From the IMG/VR virus record IMGVR_UViG_3300035533_000009, positions 1 to 56,975 of that record: DNA of 56,975 nucleotides. One strand, written 5' to 3'. Within the stretch, counting starts at the first letter, position 1. Each line of letters starts with the position of its first letter. The translations under genes and the position numbers were made by a program. Origin of the DNA: a virus. The notes under the pieces were generated by a model. It worked only from the letters and a program-made list of their open reading frames with translations. It was not told the origin of the DNA and made no database searches. Below, one piece after another: positions 33,975-43,189 of this stretch.

Positions 33975-34499
33975 TCAAAAACCACTTACAGCAGTATTCC
34001 CCGCGTGCAATCTTACGTCACAACATACCGTAATGATTGCAATTATCCCAAATGCCAAAAAATAAAGCGTCATCGTTAACGCAAGATCGCTAGGCTTGAC
34101 GCCCAACGCATGACGCACCCAATCCTCGCGGAAAGCCAGCCGGTCAATGACCTGTTCATCTGCAACGACGCTGCCCCCGCCCGCAGAGGCCTCGACGCTG
34201 TATCGAGGTATTAGCACGAAGCCAGAAGGCATTTTGCCCGAATCCTCACCTGCGACGCTGCCCCCGTCACGTATTGTTTCCGGGTAAACAGCTTCACCAT
34301 CCGTGCGCAACAGCTCGCTTACCGACACCCCTAGCGCACTTGAGATTTTCTTTAGCGTCTCCATCTGGGGGCTACCGGTTTTTCCGGTAACTATTTCGTT
34401 AAGAGTTGACTGCTTCAATTCATATTTTTTTGCCGCAGCGTTTACGGATAAACCCCTGTTATTCAATATCTTTTTTATATTCTCGCCTACAGTACCCAT
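33975..34499 (-). CDS. cI-like repressor (HTH_XRE) with truncated S24 peptidase domain
   Basis: The ORF starts MGTVGENIKKILNNRGLSVNAAAKKYELKQSTLNEIVTGKTG (XRE helix-turn-helix). The LexA/cI-type segment IPRYSVEASAGGGSV...LAFREDWVRHALGVKPSDLAL follows. The ORF then ends in a hydrophobic tail instead of the GDSM...K catalytic core. Confidence 0.8.
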   Translation of the reverse strand: MGTVGENIKKILNNRGLSVNAAAKKYELKQSTLNEIVTGKTGSPQMETLKKISSALGVSVSELLRTDGEAVYPETIRDGGSVAGEDSGKMPSGFVLIPRYSVEASAGGGSVVADEQVIDRLAFREDWVRHALGVKPSDLALTMTLYFLAFGIIAIITVCCDVRLHAGNTAVSGF

Positions 34500-34515
34500 G
34501 CTCCCACCTAAAAAA

Positions 34516-34559
34516 GTTGACGGAAAACCGTTGACAGTTAACGGAACTCCGTTTATTGT
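34516..34559. promoter_or_regulatory. Immunity-region operators and rightward promoter
   Basis: Two 17-bp direct copies (GTTGACGGAAAACCGTT 34516-32; GTTAACGGAACTCCGTT 34537-53), each an ACGG-N4-CCGT palindrome. They overlap TTGACA (34531-36)-17 nt-TATTGT (34554-59). Confidence 0.5.
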
Positions 34560-34641
34560 CTTACTGCAAACAACGACACAGAACAGGTCAGAACGAATCA
34601 GAATGAAACCTTTTACCACACAGCGAGGAGGTGAGCAAAGC

Positions 34642-34833
34642 ATGAATGACAGCCGACTACTTTCACACGCCGGGGCAGCCAGATACTTAGGCGTATCCCC
34701 TACCACTCTGCGCGACAAACTGCGCAACAAGGTGTGGAACATCCCCACCACACATCTTGAGGGGCAGGAGCGGTTGCGCTACGACCGGCGCGATCTAGAC
34801 GAATTTATCCAGAGCCGCAAGGTCGCAAATTAA
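34642..34833 (+). CDS. Small HTH DNA-binding protein (Cro/excisionase-like, MerR-type HTH)
   Basis: LLSHAGAARYLGVSPTTLRDKLR...YDRRDLDEFI, divergent from the repressor. GGAGG lies 10 nt upstream of the ATG. Confidence 0.6.
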   Translation: MNDSRLLSHAGAARYLGVSPTTLRDKLRNKVWNIPTTHLEGQERLRYDRRDLDEFIQSRKVAN

Positions 34834-34878
34834 GCGTACCCGACAGAGAGGGTTTTGCAAGGAAGGGAATCATTAAAA

Positions 34879-35694
34879 ATGAGCGTACTCAGTTTTATGA
34901 ACAAGTCAGAGCAGACAATGACCAGCCTCGAAATAGCGGAGCTGACCGGGAAGCAGCACAAGCATGTCATGACAGACATTCGTAACATGCTTGAAGCACT
35001 GGAAATTCACTCAGCCGAGTTTTCGGCTCAGTACAAAGATTCCACAGGGAGAAGCCTCCCGTGCTTTGAACTCAACCGCTACTACACAGAAGTGCTTGTT
35101 ACGGGGTATGACGTCAAGAGAAGGGCGGCGGTGATCAAGCGGTGGCACGATCTTGAGACTGGAGCCGTTAGGCCTCGCCACGGCATCCCTCGCATGGTTA
35201 TGGCAGACGCCGTAGAAGGTGTGGCGGCAATCGCAAAACACCTTAACTACAGCAACAGCGGCAAGGCTGAAGCCTTTTACCATCTTACCGAACACTACGG
35301 CATTCCGGGCGATGTCCTGAAGATTGAGTATGCCGTGGATGAAGGTCTTACCACTACCGGCAGCAGCCGAGTCACCAAGAACATCACCGACCTGTTAAGT
35401 GAGCACGGCGCACGAATTACCGCACGGAAGGCAAACAGCGCCCTGCTTGAAATGGGCTACCTGGAAGAGCACAGCAGACGCAGCAACAGCGGCAAAGAAA
35501 AGAAGTTCAAGGCTGTCTCTGACGCGGGGCAAAAGTACGGCAAGAATATCACCCACCGCGCAAGCCAGGGAGAAACGCAGCCTCATTGGTTTGTCGATAG
35601 CTTTAGTGGACTTCTTGAAGAGATTAGCAATTATGCCAAGGAAAACAGCAAGTCCAATGTTGTGAATTACCGCACCAAGGGCAAGGAAGGTTAA
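34879..35694 (+). CDS. Rha-family phage regulatory protein
   Basis: TSLEIAELTGKQHKHVMTDIRNMLE matches the Phage_pRha N-terminal signature. Confidence 0.7.
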   Translation: MSVLSFMNKSEQTMTSLEIAELTGKQHKHVMTDIRNMLEALEIHSAEFSAQYKDSTGRSLPCFELNRYYTEVLVTGYDVKRRAAVIKRWHDLETGAVRPRHGIPRMVMADAVEGVAAIAKHLNYSNSGKAEAFYHLTEHYGIPGDVLKIEYAVDEGLTTTGSSRVTKNITDLLSEHGARITARKANSALLEMGYLEEHSRRSNSGKEKKFKAVSDAGQKYGKNITHRASQGETQPHWFVDSFSGLLEEISNYAKENSKSNVVNYRTKGKEG

Positions 35695-35761
35695 TTATCC
35701 GAAAAACGGACATTACATGTGGGATTTCCCCGCATGTAAGAATAAGCAGGGAGATTGCGGC

Positions 35762-35950
35762 ATGAAAGAGGAAATCGTACCGATGGAGGAAATCAGGAAG
35801 GATGTCTTTTTCGGCATATCAAGGCGACGCCTATGGGAGTTGAGGCAGCATCCGAAGTTCCCCCGCTCTATAGGGTTACGGCCTGTGCGGTATGAGAAGG
35901 GCGAGGTCATCCGCTGGAGAAATAAATACTGGAACCGGAGGGCGATGTGA
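35762..35950 (+). CDS. AlpA-like small HTH regulator
   Basis: VFFGISRRRLWELRQHPKFPRSIGLRPVRYEKGEVIRW resembles the AlpA/prophage regulatory family. Confidence 0.5.
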   Translation: MKEEIVPMEEIRKDVFFGISRRRLWELRQHPKFPRSIGLRPVRYEKGEVIRWRNKYWNRRAM

Positions 35951-36065
35951 AGAGGCTGGAGAACGCGATATTAACCATCGTAATGCTCACCCTTCTGGCA
36001 ACGTGTTTTTACCTGACCTTCAAGGAAGGTGGAGCATGGGATTACAACATGGAGCAGGTGTTGAA

Positions 36066-36239
36066 ATGAGCGAAGGACTGAAGTGGTTTTTGGAGACCTT
36101 GCACGCAGCGCGTAGGCAGACCCGCCAAGACCTGCAACGCGCACGGGCAAGGGTGGATGAGCTGGCGGAAAAGGAAGTGGAACTTACCGCCAAAATCGAA
36201 AGTGTGGAGGAGACTATCAGGAAAAGGAGCGCGGCATGA
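36066..36239 (+). CDS. Hypothetical coiled-coil protein (57 aa)
   Basis: An internal Met of track ORF 35892, with an RBS-like GGAGCAGG upstream. Confidence 0.45.
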   Translation: MSEGLKWFLETLHAARRQTRQDLQRARARVDELAEKEVELTAKIESVEETIRKRSAA

Positions 36240-36433
36240 ACTGGGATGCTTTTAGGCAAGGGCTGGACACCAGCAGCGTTGACGATTTGAACAACTACAT
36301 AAAGGAATTGCGTGGGGCCAGGGCGCACGTGACCCAGGCAATCGAGCATCTGCGGGAGGAAGACGCAGAGATCGACATCGAGATACAGCGAATGTATCAG
36401 CGAATTAAAAGACTGAAGGAGGTTGCAGCATGA
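36236..36433 (+). CDS. Hypothetical protein (65 aa)
   Basis: ATGA overlap with the previous ORF. Confidence 0.5.
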   Translation: MNWDAFRQGLDTSSVDDLNNYIKELRGARAHVTQAIEHLREEDAEIDIEIQRMYQRIKRLKEVAA

Positions 36434-36600
36434 GGGAATCACACGATGACTGGGGTATCTGCCCATATTGCGGGCAACTGGACGAAGCAGGCAACCGTTG
36501 TGGATGCGACGCGCAAAGCCTGTATGACTTTGAAGAGGAGCGCGGGGATTATCTATACCACCGCATGAAGGACATGGAAGCGGAGGAGATGACGATATGA
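36430..36600 (+). CDS. Small zinc-ribbon-like protein (56 aa)
   Basis: MRESHDDWGICPYCGQLDEAGNRCGCD..., with ATGA overlaps on both sides. Below the track cut-off. Confidence 0.4.
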   Translation: MRESHDDWGICPYCGQLDEAGNRCGCDAQSLYDFEEERGDYLYHRMKDMEAEEMTI

Positions 36601-37337
36601 GCAAGATTGACTTTAAAAGGTTCGCTGAACCGTTCCCTGCTGATGATGTGGAATGGCGCATTGCTCAGAAGGGTGTTGGCAGGAACGACAAACCGTGGGC
36701 AAAGGTTCTTGCTTACATAACCAACCGCGCGATTATGCAGCGTTTAGACGATGTAGCAGGCCCGGAAAACTGGAAGAACGAGTTTGTGCATATTGAAGGT
36801 GCATTCTTGTGCGGTTTGTCTATCAAGATAGATGGTGAGTGGGTTACGAAATGGGACGGTGCCCAGGAAAGCCAGATCGAAGCAACCAAAGGCGGATTAT
36901 CTGGGGCGATGAAGCGGGCCGCTGTCCAATGGGGGATAGGCCGTTATCTGTATGGCCTGGATGAAGGGTTTGCAGAAGTTTGCGACAACGGGCGCTTTTA
37001 CAGTGGCAGGGATCAGCGCAACAATATCCCTGCATTTAAGTGGAACCCCCCGAAGCTCCCAGCCTGGGCGTTGCCGCAAACAACAGACAGGCGGAAAGAG
37101 GAGAAACGGGGGACCACAGGTGTAAATAATCACGATCATAATACCCAAAACAAACCACCGCGTCAAAGAAGTAACGGCGCTTCCGTCCTTTCGCAAGAGC
37201 AGTTCGAGCAATATCTTCCGGCTTGGAAGGTGCAAGTCAAGGAAGGTAAGCGCACCGTACAGGACATTGTGAACGCGGCAAGGGACAAGGGCATCAACCT
37301 TACAAACACACAAATAAAGCAACTGGAGGCAGCATGA
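36597..37337 (+). CDS. Rad52/Sak-type single-strand annealing protein
   Basis: YITNRAIMQRLDDVAGPENW...GLSGAMKRAAVQWGIGRYLYGL is the Rad52_Rad22 family signature. Confidence 0.8.
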   Translation: MSKIDFKRFAEPFPADDVEWRIAQKGVGRNDKPWAKVLAYITNRAIMQRLDDVAGPENWKNEFVHIEGAFLCGLSIKIDGEWVTKWDGAQESQIEATKGGLSGAMKRAAVQWGIGRYLYGLDEGFAEVCDNGRFYSGRDQRNNIPAFKWNPPKLPAWALPQTTDRRKEEKRGTTGVNNHDHNTQNKPPRQRSNGASVLSQEQFEQYLPAWKVQVKEGKRTVQDIVNAARDKGINLTNTQIKQLEAA

Positions 37338-38989
37338 ACACACACGACAACATAGAGCAGGGAACCCCGGAATGGCACGCACTACGCGCTGAACACTTCA
37401 CCGCGTCCGAGGCATCCGCAATGATGGGGGAGAGTAAATACAAAAGCCGGAATCAACTCCTGGAAGAGAAGGCTACCGGCAGAACCCCGGAAGTATCAGA
37501 AGCAAAGCAGCGGATATTTGACCGTGGGCATGAGGCGGAAGCTGCGGCACGCGACATCCTGGAGATGGAGACGCTTGAAAGTTACCCACCGCTCGTGGCC
37601 ACTCGCGAGATTGAAGGTCTGCCACTGTTGGCTTCGTTCGATGGGTGTAACTTGGAAACATCAGAGTTGTGGGAGCACAAACTGTGGAATGAAACCCTGG
37701 CGGAGAATGTGCGCAACAAAACCCTTGAACCTGCTTATTACTGGCAACTGGAACACCAACTCTTAGTTGCCGGGGATGAAGCGCAGCACGTGATTTTCAC
37801 CGTCTCAGACGGAACCATGGAAAAGCGCGAAACCATGGTTTATGAATCTGTGCCTGAACGGCGCGAAAAGCTCATTGCCGGGTGGCACCAGTTCGCAGCG
37901 GACCTTGCCAACTACAAGCCCAAAGCCAAACAGGAGCAGGTAGAGGGCGCGGACGCTGACGGTTTCCCCCTGGTGGAATACGAAGTACACGGCACCGCCA
38001 TTTATTCCAACCTGCGCGATATTCTCCCGATTGTGAAGGAACGCGCAAAGGAAGAAATGGCCCGCCCGCTGGAAACGGATCAGGACTTTGCGGATAAGGA
38101 AAAGCAGGTAAAGGCGGTCAAGGCAGCGCGTAAGCACCTGAAGGAAACAACGGAAGATGTAAAGGGTGAGTTTGTGTCCTTCGCTGAGTTTTCTTCCTTG
38201 GCGGCGGAAATGGACAGTGTGCTGCAGAAGCTTCAGAGCCACGGCGAGAAGGCCGTTAAAGATGCCAAGGCGCAGAAAAAGCGCGAGATTGAGCAGAGTG
38301 CAGACGAGGCCCTGCGCGAGCATATCGCAAGCGTGAACGAAAAGATTGCCCCCCTGCACATTGAAAACATCATCGACATTATCCCGGACTGGGGCACAGC
38401 GATGAAGAACAAGCGCACCCTGGAATCATTGCAGAACGCCGTGGATGAAGAGTTGAGCCGGGTGCAGATCGAGATTGCGCAGGCGGTAAAGATCATCCAG
38501 AACAACCTTGAATTTTTCAACAGTCAGAAAGACTACCACTTTCTGTTCAACGATTTGGAGCGGATCATCAACCAGCAGTCCGAAGGCTTTAAGGCCCTGG
38601 TGCAGCAGCGTATCGCGGACTACGAAGCGGAGCAGAAGGAAAAGCGCGAACGTGAGGAGAGGGAGCGCAAGGAGCGCGAAGCGGCAGAGGTAAAGCGCAG
38701 GGAAGAGGCTGAAGCGCGGCGCAAGGAACGGGAAGAAGCGGATGCCAAGTGCAGGGAAGAAGATCGTGCGCAGGAGGTTAAGACCGAACCGGAGGAGGCC
38801 CATGAAGCATCGGCAACGAATGCACAAACGCCTGCTGAAGTGCCAATACCTGAGAAGGCAACTACGGGCGAAGCGTACACGCTTATCGATGAAATAGAAG
38901 CGTGGGCGCAGCGACACCAGTTAGAACCATCATCCTTGCGGGAGCTGTTCCAGATTATCCGCAGGCATTATGCGAAGGAGGCAGCTTAA
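37334..38989 (+). CDS. YqaJ-type recombination exonuclease with long C-terminal coiled-coil extension
   Basis: The N-terminus GTPEWHALRAEHFTASEASAMMG...SRNQLLEEK is the YqaJ/lambda-Exo-like signature. About 330 aa of E/R/K-rich C-terminus follow (REREERERKEREAAEVKRREEAEARRKEREE). Confidence 0.7.
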   Translation: MNTHDNIEQGTPEWHALRAEHFTASEASAMMGESKYKSRNQLLEEKATGRTPEVSEAKQRIFDRGHEAEAAARDILEMETLESYPPLVATREIEGLPLLASFDGCNLETSELWEHKLWNETLAENVRNKTLEPAYYWQLEHQLLVAGDEAQHVIFTVSDGTMEKRETMVYESVPERREKLIAGWHQFAADLANYKPKAKQEQVEGADADGFPLVEYEVHGTAIYSNLRDILPIVKERAKEEMARPLETDQDFADKEKQVKAVKAARKHLKETTEDVKGEFVSFAEFSSLAAEMDSVLQKLQSHGEKAVKDAKAQKKREIEQSADEALREHIASVNEKIAPLHIENIIDIIPDWGTAMKNKRTLESLQNAVDEELSRVQIEIAQAVKIIQNNLEFFNSQKDYHFLFNDLERIINQQSEGFKALVQQRIADYEAEQKEKREREERERKEREAAEVKRREEAEARRKEREEADAKCREEDRAQEVKTEPEEAHEASATNAQTPAEVPIPEKATTGEAYTLIDEIEAWAQRHQLEPSSLRELFQIIRRHYAKEAA

Positions 38990-39450
38990 TGGAAAAACGC
39001 TGCACGAAATGCGGGGAGGCTAGGCCGCTGGAGGAGTTTTGTGTCGATAAAACAATAAAGAGCGGACGCTCCTCTCGGTGTAAAGAGTGTCGCAGGGAAT
39101 ATCTCCGGAAATGGAGGGAGAAAAATCGCGGTAAATTGTTAGAACGTTCGCGCCAATGGGTAGCGGAAAACCCTGAAAAAAGGCGGGAGACCGTCCGAAA
39201 ATCGGACGCGAAAAACGCTAAAAAAAGGCGGGAAAAGGCCCGCGAAAGGTATGCGGAAAACCGGGAAAGACTGAACTTGGACACTTTGAAGAGAGGAGCC
39301 AGGAACTGTAAAAACCTATCTGACGTATATGTGCGCCAAGTAATGACAAGAAGGTCCCCACTGCTACATGCAGATATCCCCCAGGAACTTGTGGAAGCTA
39401 AACGGGTTGAACTTAAAATCAAACGCTATCTAAGGGAGCAAAGCAAATGA
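38989..39450 (+). CDS. Zinc-ribbon, Arg/Lys-rich protein (153 aa)
   Basis: CTKCG...CKEC, then a basic helical region. TAATG junction. Confidence 0.5.
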   Translation: MEKRCTKCGEARPLEEFCVDKTIKSGRSSRCKECRREYLRKWREKNRGKLLERSRQWVAENPEKRRETVRKSDAKNAKKRREKARERYAENRERLNLDTLKRGARNCKNLSDVYVRQVMTRRSPLLHADIPQELVEAKRVELKIKRYLREQSK

Positions 39451-39692
39451 CCACAATCACAGACATTCGGAACGACCTTATCAATGTATTTGAAGGACTC
39501 CAGAACGGCACTGTGGAGCGCAAAGACGCTGTTGAAATCAACAACACTGCGGGGAAAATCATCTCTTCTGCCAAAACTCAGCTTGCGTATGCCGCATTAC
39601 GCCAGGAAAAGCCGGACATCCCTTTTCTTGACACCTCCACCAAGGAACAGATCGAGCACGAGGAGCCCCACAAGATCGAGGGGGCAGCATGA
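39447..39692 (+). CDS. Hypothetical protein (81 aa)
   Basis: ATGA overlap with the previous ORF. Confidence 0.5.
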   Translation: MTTITDIRNDLINVFEGLQNGTVERKDAVEINNTAGKIISSAKTQLAYAALRQEKPDIPFLDTSTKEQIEHEEPHKIEGAA

Positions 39693-39994
39693 CCTACTAC
39701 AACACCACCAATCTAAAAGGGGAGGAACTGGCAGCCGCACAAGCCCAAGCCCGCACTCAGGAGCAGGACGTTTTTGAAATCCTGTTCCTGGCGAACCGGC
39801 CCCTGGGTGCGAGTGAGGTAATGGAGAGGCTGAACCACTTTAACAAACGCCCGCCCATAACATCGGTGCGGCGGGCAATATCGAACCTCAAGAAAAGCGG
39901 GCAAGTAGAGCGGGCAGATCATCAGACGATTGGTCCGTATGGCAGACGCGAATATGCGTGGACACTCAAACGTAAGGAGCAAGTGAATGTTTAA
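39689..39994 (+). CDS. Winged-helix-like small protein (101 aa)
   Basis: QDVFEILFLANRPLGASEVMERL...TSVRRAISNLKKSGQVE looks like a MarR/wHTH fold. Confidence 0.45.
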   Translation: MTYYNTTNLKGEELAAAQAQARTQEQDVFEILFLANRPLGASEVMERLNHFNKRPPITSVRRAISNLKKSGQVERADHQTIGPYGRREYAWTLKRKEQVNV

Positions 39995-40538
39995 TCAATG
40001 CAACTTTATAGGCCGGTTAGGGCAGGAACCTACACTCAGACATACCCCCTCGGGTGTGCCGGTAGCGAACTTCTCCATAGCCACATCGGAGAAATTCAAG
40101 GATCAAAGCGGGCAGATTCAGGAGCGCACAGAGTGGATTGACATAGTGGCCTGGAAGCAGCTTGCGGAAATCTGTGCGTCCTACTTGACTAAAGGGAAAT
40201 TGGTGTTTATTTCCGGCAAGTTCCAGACGCGTAAGTGGCAGGACAAGAGCGGGCAGGATCGTTACAGCACCGAGATTGTGGCGCAGACCATGAAGATGCT
40301 GGATAGCCCCGGACAGAGCAGCGGACAAGGTGCCGGACAGCCCCAACAGCAGAATAACGCCCAACCTCCCGCAAACACTGGCGGTTATGCCGGACAAAAC
40401 CCCGGACAACCCCAGCCACAAAACGGCCCCTCTGGATACAGCCAGCAAAGCGGCCCATCCGGATACGGCCAGCCGCAGAATAACGGACAGCCTGGAGGGG
40501 TGCCGGGGTTTAACCCTGATGATTCTATCCCCTTCTAG
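39987..40538 (+). CDS. ssb: Single-stranded DNA-binding protein
   Basis: OB-fold N-terminus (NFIGRLGQEPTLRHTPSGVPVANFSIA...TEWIDIVAW), a G/Q/P-rich linker and the acidic tip DDSIPF. Confidence 0.9.
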   Translation: MFNQCNFIGRLGQEPTLRHTPSGVPVANFSIATSEKFKDQSGQIQERTEWIDIVAWKQLAEICASYLTKGKLVFISGKFQTRKWQDKSGQDRYSTEIVAQTMKMLDSPGQSSGQGAGQPQQQNNAQPPANTGGYAGQNPGQPQPQNGPSGYSQQSGPSGYGQPQNNGQPGGVPGFNPDDSIPF

Positions 40539-40545
40539 ATACCAC

Positions 40546-40581
40546 GGGGGCGACAGTACGCCAGAGTCGTCCCCCCTTTTT
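40546..40581 (+). terminator. Rho-independent terminator after ssb
   Basis: GGGGGCGAC-11 nt-GTCGTCCCC followed by TTTTT. Confidence 0.6.
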
Positions 40582-40624
40582 GGACAAAATGAGCCATCAT
40601 TATAAATGGAACGGAGGTAATAAA

Positions 40625-41146
40625 ATGCCAATACAACAGTTAGACTCACCGCAAGTATGCCTGTTATTCGCCAGCACCACCCTTGGATTGCTTGACAGCC
40701 TGAAAAAGCGCCGTGTGGATATGCTCGGCGGGTGGGACAAAGCCGTAACCGGGCAGGGAGTTGTGAAGAAAACCGATCCCGCTGTTGAGTATATCCGCGA
40801 GATGGAGGAAAGATTTTTTGCAGTGACATCTGACCTTGAGAAATTGTGCGGAAAGATGACCTTAGCCGTTGTAATGCGCAACGGTAAGAAGCCTGCGACC
40901 CTGATTGATAACGAGCGTTACGACTATATCCACCATATTGCGGCACGCATGATTGACGAGCTGCAGCACTTTGTAGACACCGCCGCCAATGGCTATGAAC
41001 CAGGCGTTACCTACCTGGACGGATACAACGATGCCCTGGACGAAGCAGAACACCTGATGTTTAAGCACAATATGTCACGCCAGAAAGCAATCGACACCTT
41101 GCGCAGCGCCCACCAGCGCCGTGAAGAACTGGAGGCTGCTGCATGA
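40625..41146 (+). CDS. Hypothetical protein (173 aa)
   Basis: GGAGG lies 7 nt before ATG 40625 (Met16 of the track ORF). Confidence 0.5.
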   Translation: MPIQQLDSPQVCLLFASTTLGLLDSLKKRRVDMLGGWDKAVTGQGVVKKTDPAVEYIREMEERFFAVTSDLEKLCGKMTLAVVMRNGKKPATLIDNERYDYIHHIAARMIDELQHFVDTAANGYEPGVTYLDGYNDALDEAEHLMFKHNMSRQKAIDTLRSAHQRREELEAAA

Positions 41147-41643
41147 ACTCCGTAAAAAATTTCAACACCAACACTGCAAACCACGATGAATGGCTCACTC
41201 CGCCAGAAATTATAGAGGCGCTGGGGCAATTTGACCTTGACCCATGTGCGCCCACACAAGCAACGCGCCCGTGGAGCATGGCACATAGGCACTACTCTGT
41301 CGAAGATAACGGCCTGATGATGCCTTGGTATGGCCGGATATGGTGTAACCCGCCCTACGGCAGAGAAACTTTTGTCTGGCTCAACAAGCTGGCTGAACAC
41401 GGGGATGGAATTGCTTTGATTTTTGCCAGGACAGAGACGCGCGGATTCCATACAGAAATATGGGATAAGGCGGATGCTGTCTTCTTCTTCAAGGGGCGGC
41501 TGAAATTCCACAAGGTAACCGGTGAGCAGGGAAACACCGCAAATGCCCCCAGTTGTCTTGTAGCTTACGGTCAGAACAATGTCAGGGCGCTGAGGCATAG
41601 CGGATTGAAGGGAAAGCTTGTGGAACTTAGGGAGGCTGCGTAA
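41143..41643 (+). CDS. Phage-type DNA N6-adenine methyltransferase (Dam family)
   Basis: DEWLTPPEIIEALGQFDLDPCA...WCNPPYG...GRLKFH matches the phage Dam (N6-adenine MTase) family with its NPPY motif. Confidence 0.8.
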   Translation: MNSVKNFNTNTANHDEWLTPPEIIEALGQFDLDPCAPTQATRPWSMAHRHYSVEDNGLMMPWYGRIWCNPPYGRETFVWLNKLAEHGDGIALIFARTETRGFHTEIWDKADAVFFFKGRLKFHKVTGEQGNTANAPSCLVAYGQNNVRALRHSGLKGKLVELREAA

Positions 41644-42050
41644 TGACACTGCTACAGCTTATCGAACAATCAGCGGTTAATGCCCTGGATCACGGCTTTG
41701 ACGTAACCCAGCACGAAACCCAGCTGTTACTCATCGGCACTGAAATTGCCGAGGCCCTGGAGCATGTTGAGCCTGGTAACAATCAGGCAATTCTGGAAAT
41801 ACGCGAGACCTTTGAGCACACGATGTTCTGCCTTGAAGACTTTCGCCGACAAGCAAAAGACTATACCGACACATCCGCAATACCCACAGCACAGCACCGC
41901 TCAGAATACGTGGAAGAGCTGGCGGACATAATCATCCGCGTGTGCAGTTACGCCGGTGGAAACGGCATGGCGCTGGATTTGGTGCTGATGCTTGAAGAAA
42001 AAACCAGCAAAAATAAGGCTCGTCCGTATCGGCACGGCAAAGGATTTTAG
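41643..42050 (+). CDS. MazG-like nucleotide pyrophosphohydrolase
   Basis: LIGTEIAEALE...EELADIIIRV is the paired acidic-helix pattern of MazG/all-alpha NTP-PPases. Confidence 0.65.
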   Translation: MTLLQLIEQSAVNALDHGFDVTQHETQLLLIGTEIAEALEHVEPGNNQAILEIRETFEHTMFCLEDFRRQAKDYTDTSAIPTAQHRSEYVEELADIIIRVCSYAGGNGMALDLVLMLEEKTSKNKARPYRHGKGF

Positions 42051-42058
42051 GGGGACAT

Positions 42059-42619
42059 ATGCCACGCAAAAAGCCTTTGACGAAAATGGTGTTGGAGCAT
42101 CTGCAAAAGTACGGCCGCATTGATTATGCGCAGATGTCAGAACTCGCGTGGTCATCTAAACAGCCATGCCAGGTGATTTATTACCTGCGCCGCGCCGGAC
42201 ACGACATACGCGGGAATGGTCGCCCGGCCACAGAATGGACATACCACGGTGAAATTACAATAGATGAGCGCAATTCTACGGCCAGAATGCAGAGCTTGGG
42301 GCCAAAGCTGGAAGAGGCAGAGGTTAAGTGTATGGTGTGCGGATATGTGTTTCGTGTGCAGGTCTGGCCGGGAGAAAAACCAGATAGCCGGAGAGTGTGC
42401 CACCGTTGCCGTCAGCGGCAAACAGACATAGGTACTGATGAGGTGATGAGCATACCCGCGCCCAGCGCACAGGTGAAATCAGAACTCCCCGAATGCAAGG
42501 TGTACCGCCCCGGCGACAGAGGGTTTGAAGAACGAGCGCGGGAGGTCACACACATAAAGAAGATTAAAAGCCGTGCTACAGACCTGGCGCCGAGCGTGAG
42601 GTTTAGCTTTAAGTATTGA
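42059..42619 (+). CDS. Hypothetical protein with wHTH-like N-terminus and zinc ribbon (186 aa)
   Basis: CMVCG...CHRC. No family recognised. Confidence 0.5.
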   Translation: MPRKKPLTKMVLEHLQKYGRIDYAQMSELAWSSKQPCQVIYYLRRAGHDIRGNGRPATEWTYHGEITIDERNSTARMQSLGPKLEEAEVKCMVCGYVFRVQVWPGEKPDSRRVCHRCRQRQTDIGTDEVMSIPAPSAQVKSELPECKVYRPGDRGFEERAREVTHIKKIKSRATDLAPSVRFSFKY

Positions 42620-42628
42620 GGGGTAAAT

Positions 42629-42799
42629 ATGTGCGAGGAAAAGATAAAAATAGAGCTGCCAGTTAAGGAGATCAACAAACGCGGCACCGGCTGGATAACC
42701 AAGCAGATGGAGAACGCAGGCATGAAGCGATACCCGTACACCTGGAGGATCAAAGGGCTGGATACGGTAATCGTAGAGGGGGTGAAATGCAGCGAATAA
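42629..42799 (+). CDS. Hypothetical small protein (56 aa)
   Basis: An ATG ORF filling the gap between neighbours. Overlaps the next ORF by 13 nt. Confidence 0.3.
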   Translation: MCEEKIKIELPVKEINKRGTGWITKQMENAGMKRYPYTWRIKGLDTVIVEGVKCSE

Positions 42800-43188
42800 T
42801 TATCAGAAACGCGGCACTCCGGGAGCGAGCATTGGAGTGCGTAAGAAAAGCTCCCGAAGGCCACGAGGTAGTTATCAAGAAGTATAAACCACCAAAGACC
42901 ATCCCGCAACTATCGTACTGCTTTGGGGTGATTTACAAGACGATCATCCAGTTTGTTGAAGAGAGTTACGGGGAAACATTCACGCCCGAGGAAATCCATA
43001 AGTGGATGAAAAAGCAGATCATCGGCGTGGATTACAAAGAGTTTGACGGTGAGGTGATAGAGACCGAGCGCGAACTTAAAAAGTCAGACCGGGAGGAATG
43101 GAGCAGGTACATAGACTGCGTGATCCGGTACTGCTGGAATAGGTGGGGGCTGATGATACCGGCCCCGGAGTGGAGGGAAGAACATTGA
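42787..43188 (+). CDS. NinB-like recombination protein (tentative)
   Basis: Size, position in a nin-like region and the pattern I.RNAALRERALECV...VVIKKYKPPKTIPQ resemble lambda NinB. This rests on recollection only. Confidence 0.4.
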   Translation: MQRIIIRNAALRERALECVRKAPEGHEVVIKKYKPPKTIPQLSYCFGVIYKTIIQFVEESYGETFTPEEIHKWMKKQIIGVDYKEFDGEVIETERELKKSDREEWSRYIDCVIRYCWNRWGLMIPAPEWREEH

Positions 43189-43189
43189 C

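Noticed and set aside
34303-34751. The long N-terminal extensions given by the track to the Cro-like ORF (from 34303) and to the repressor ORF (up to 34751)
   Set aside because: Each extension is antisense to the other gene or crosses the operator/promoter region. Internal ATGs with RBSs (34642 and 34499) give the conserved HTH proteins.
40017-40946. 309-aa minus-strand ORF
   Set aside because: It is antisense to the unmistakable ssb gene and the following ORF, with low-complexity composition.
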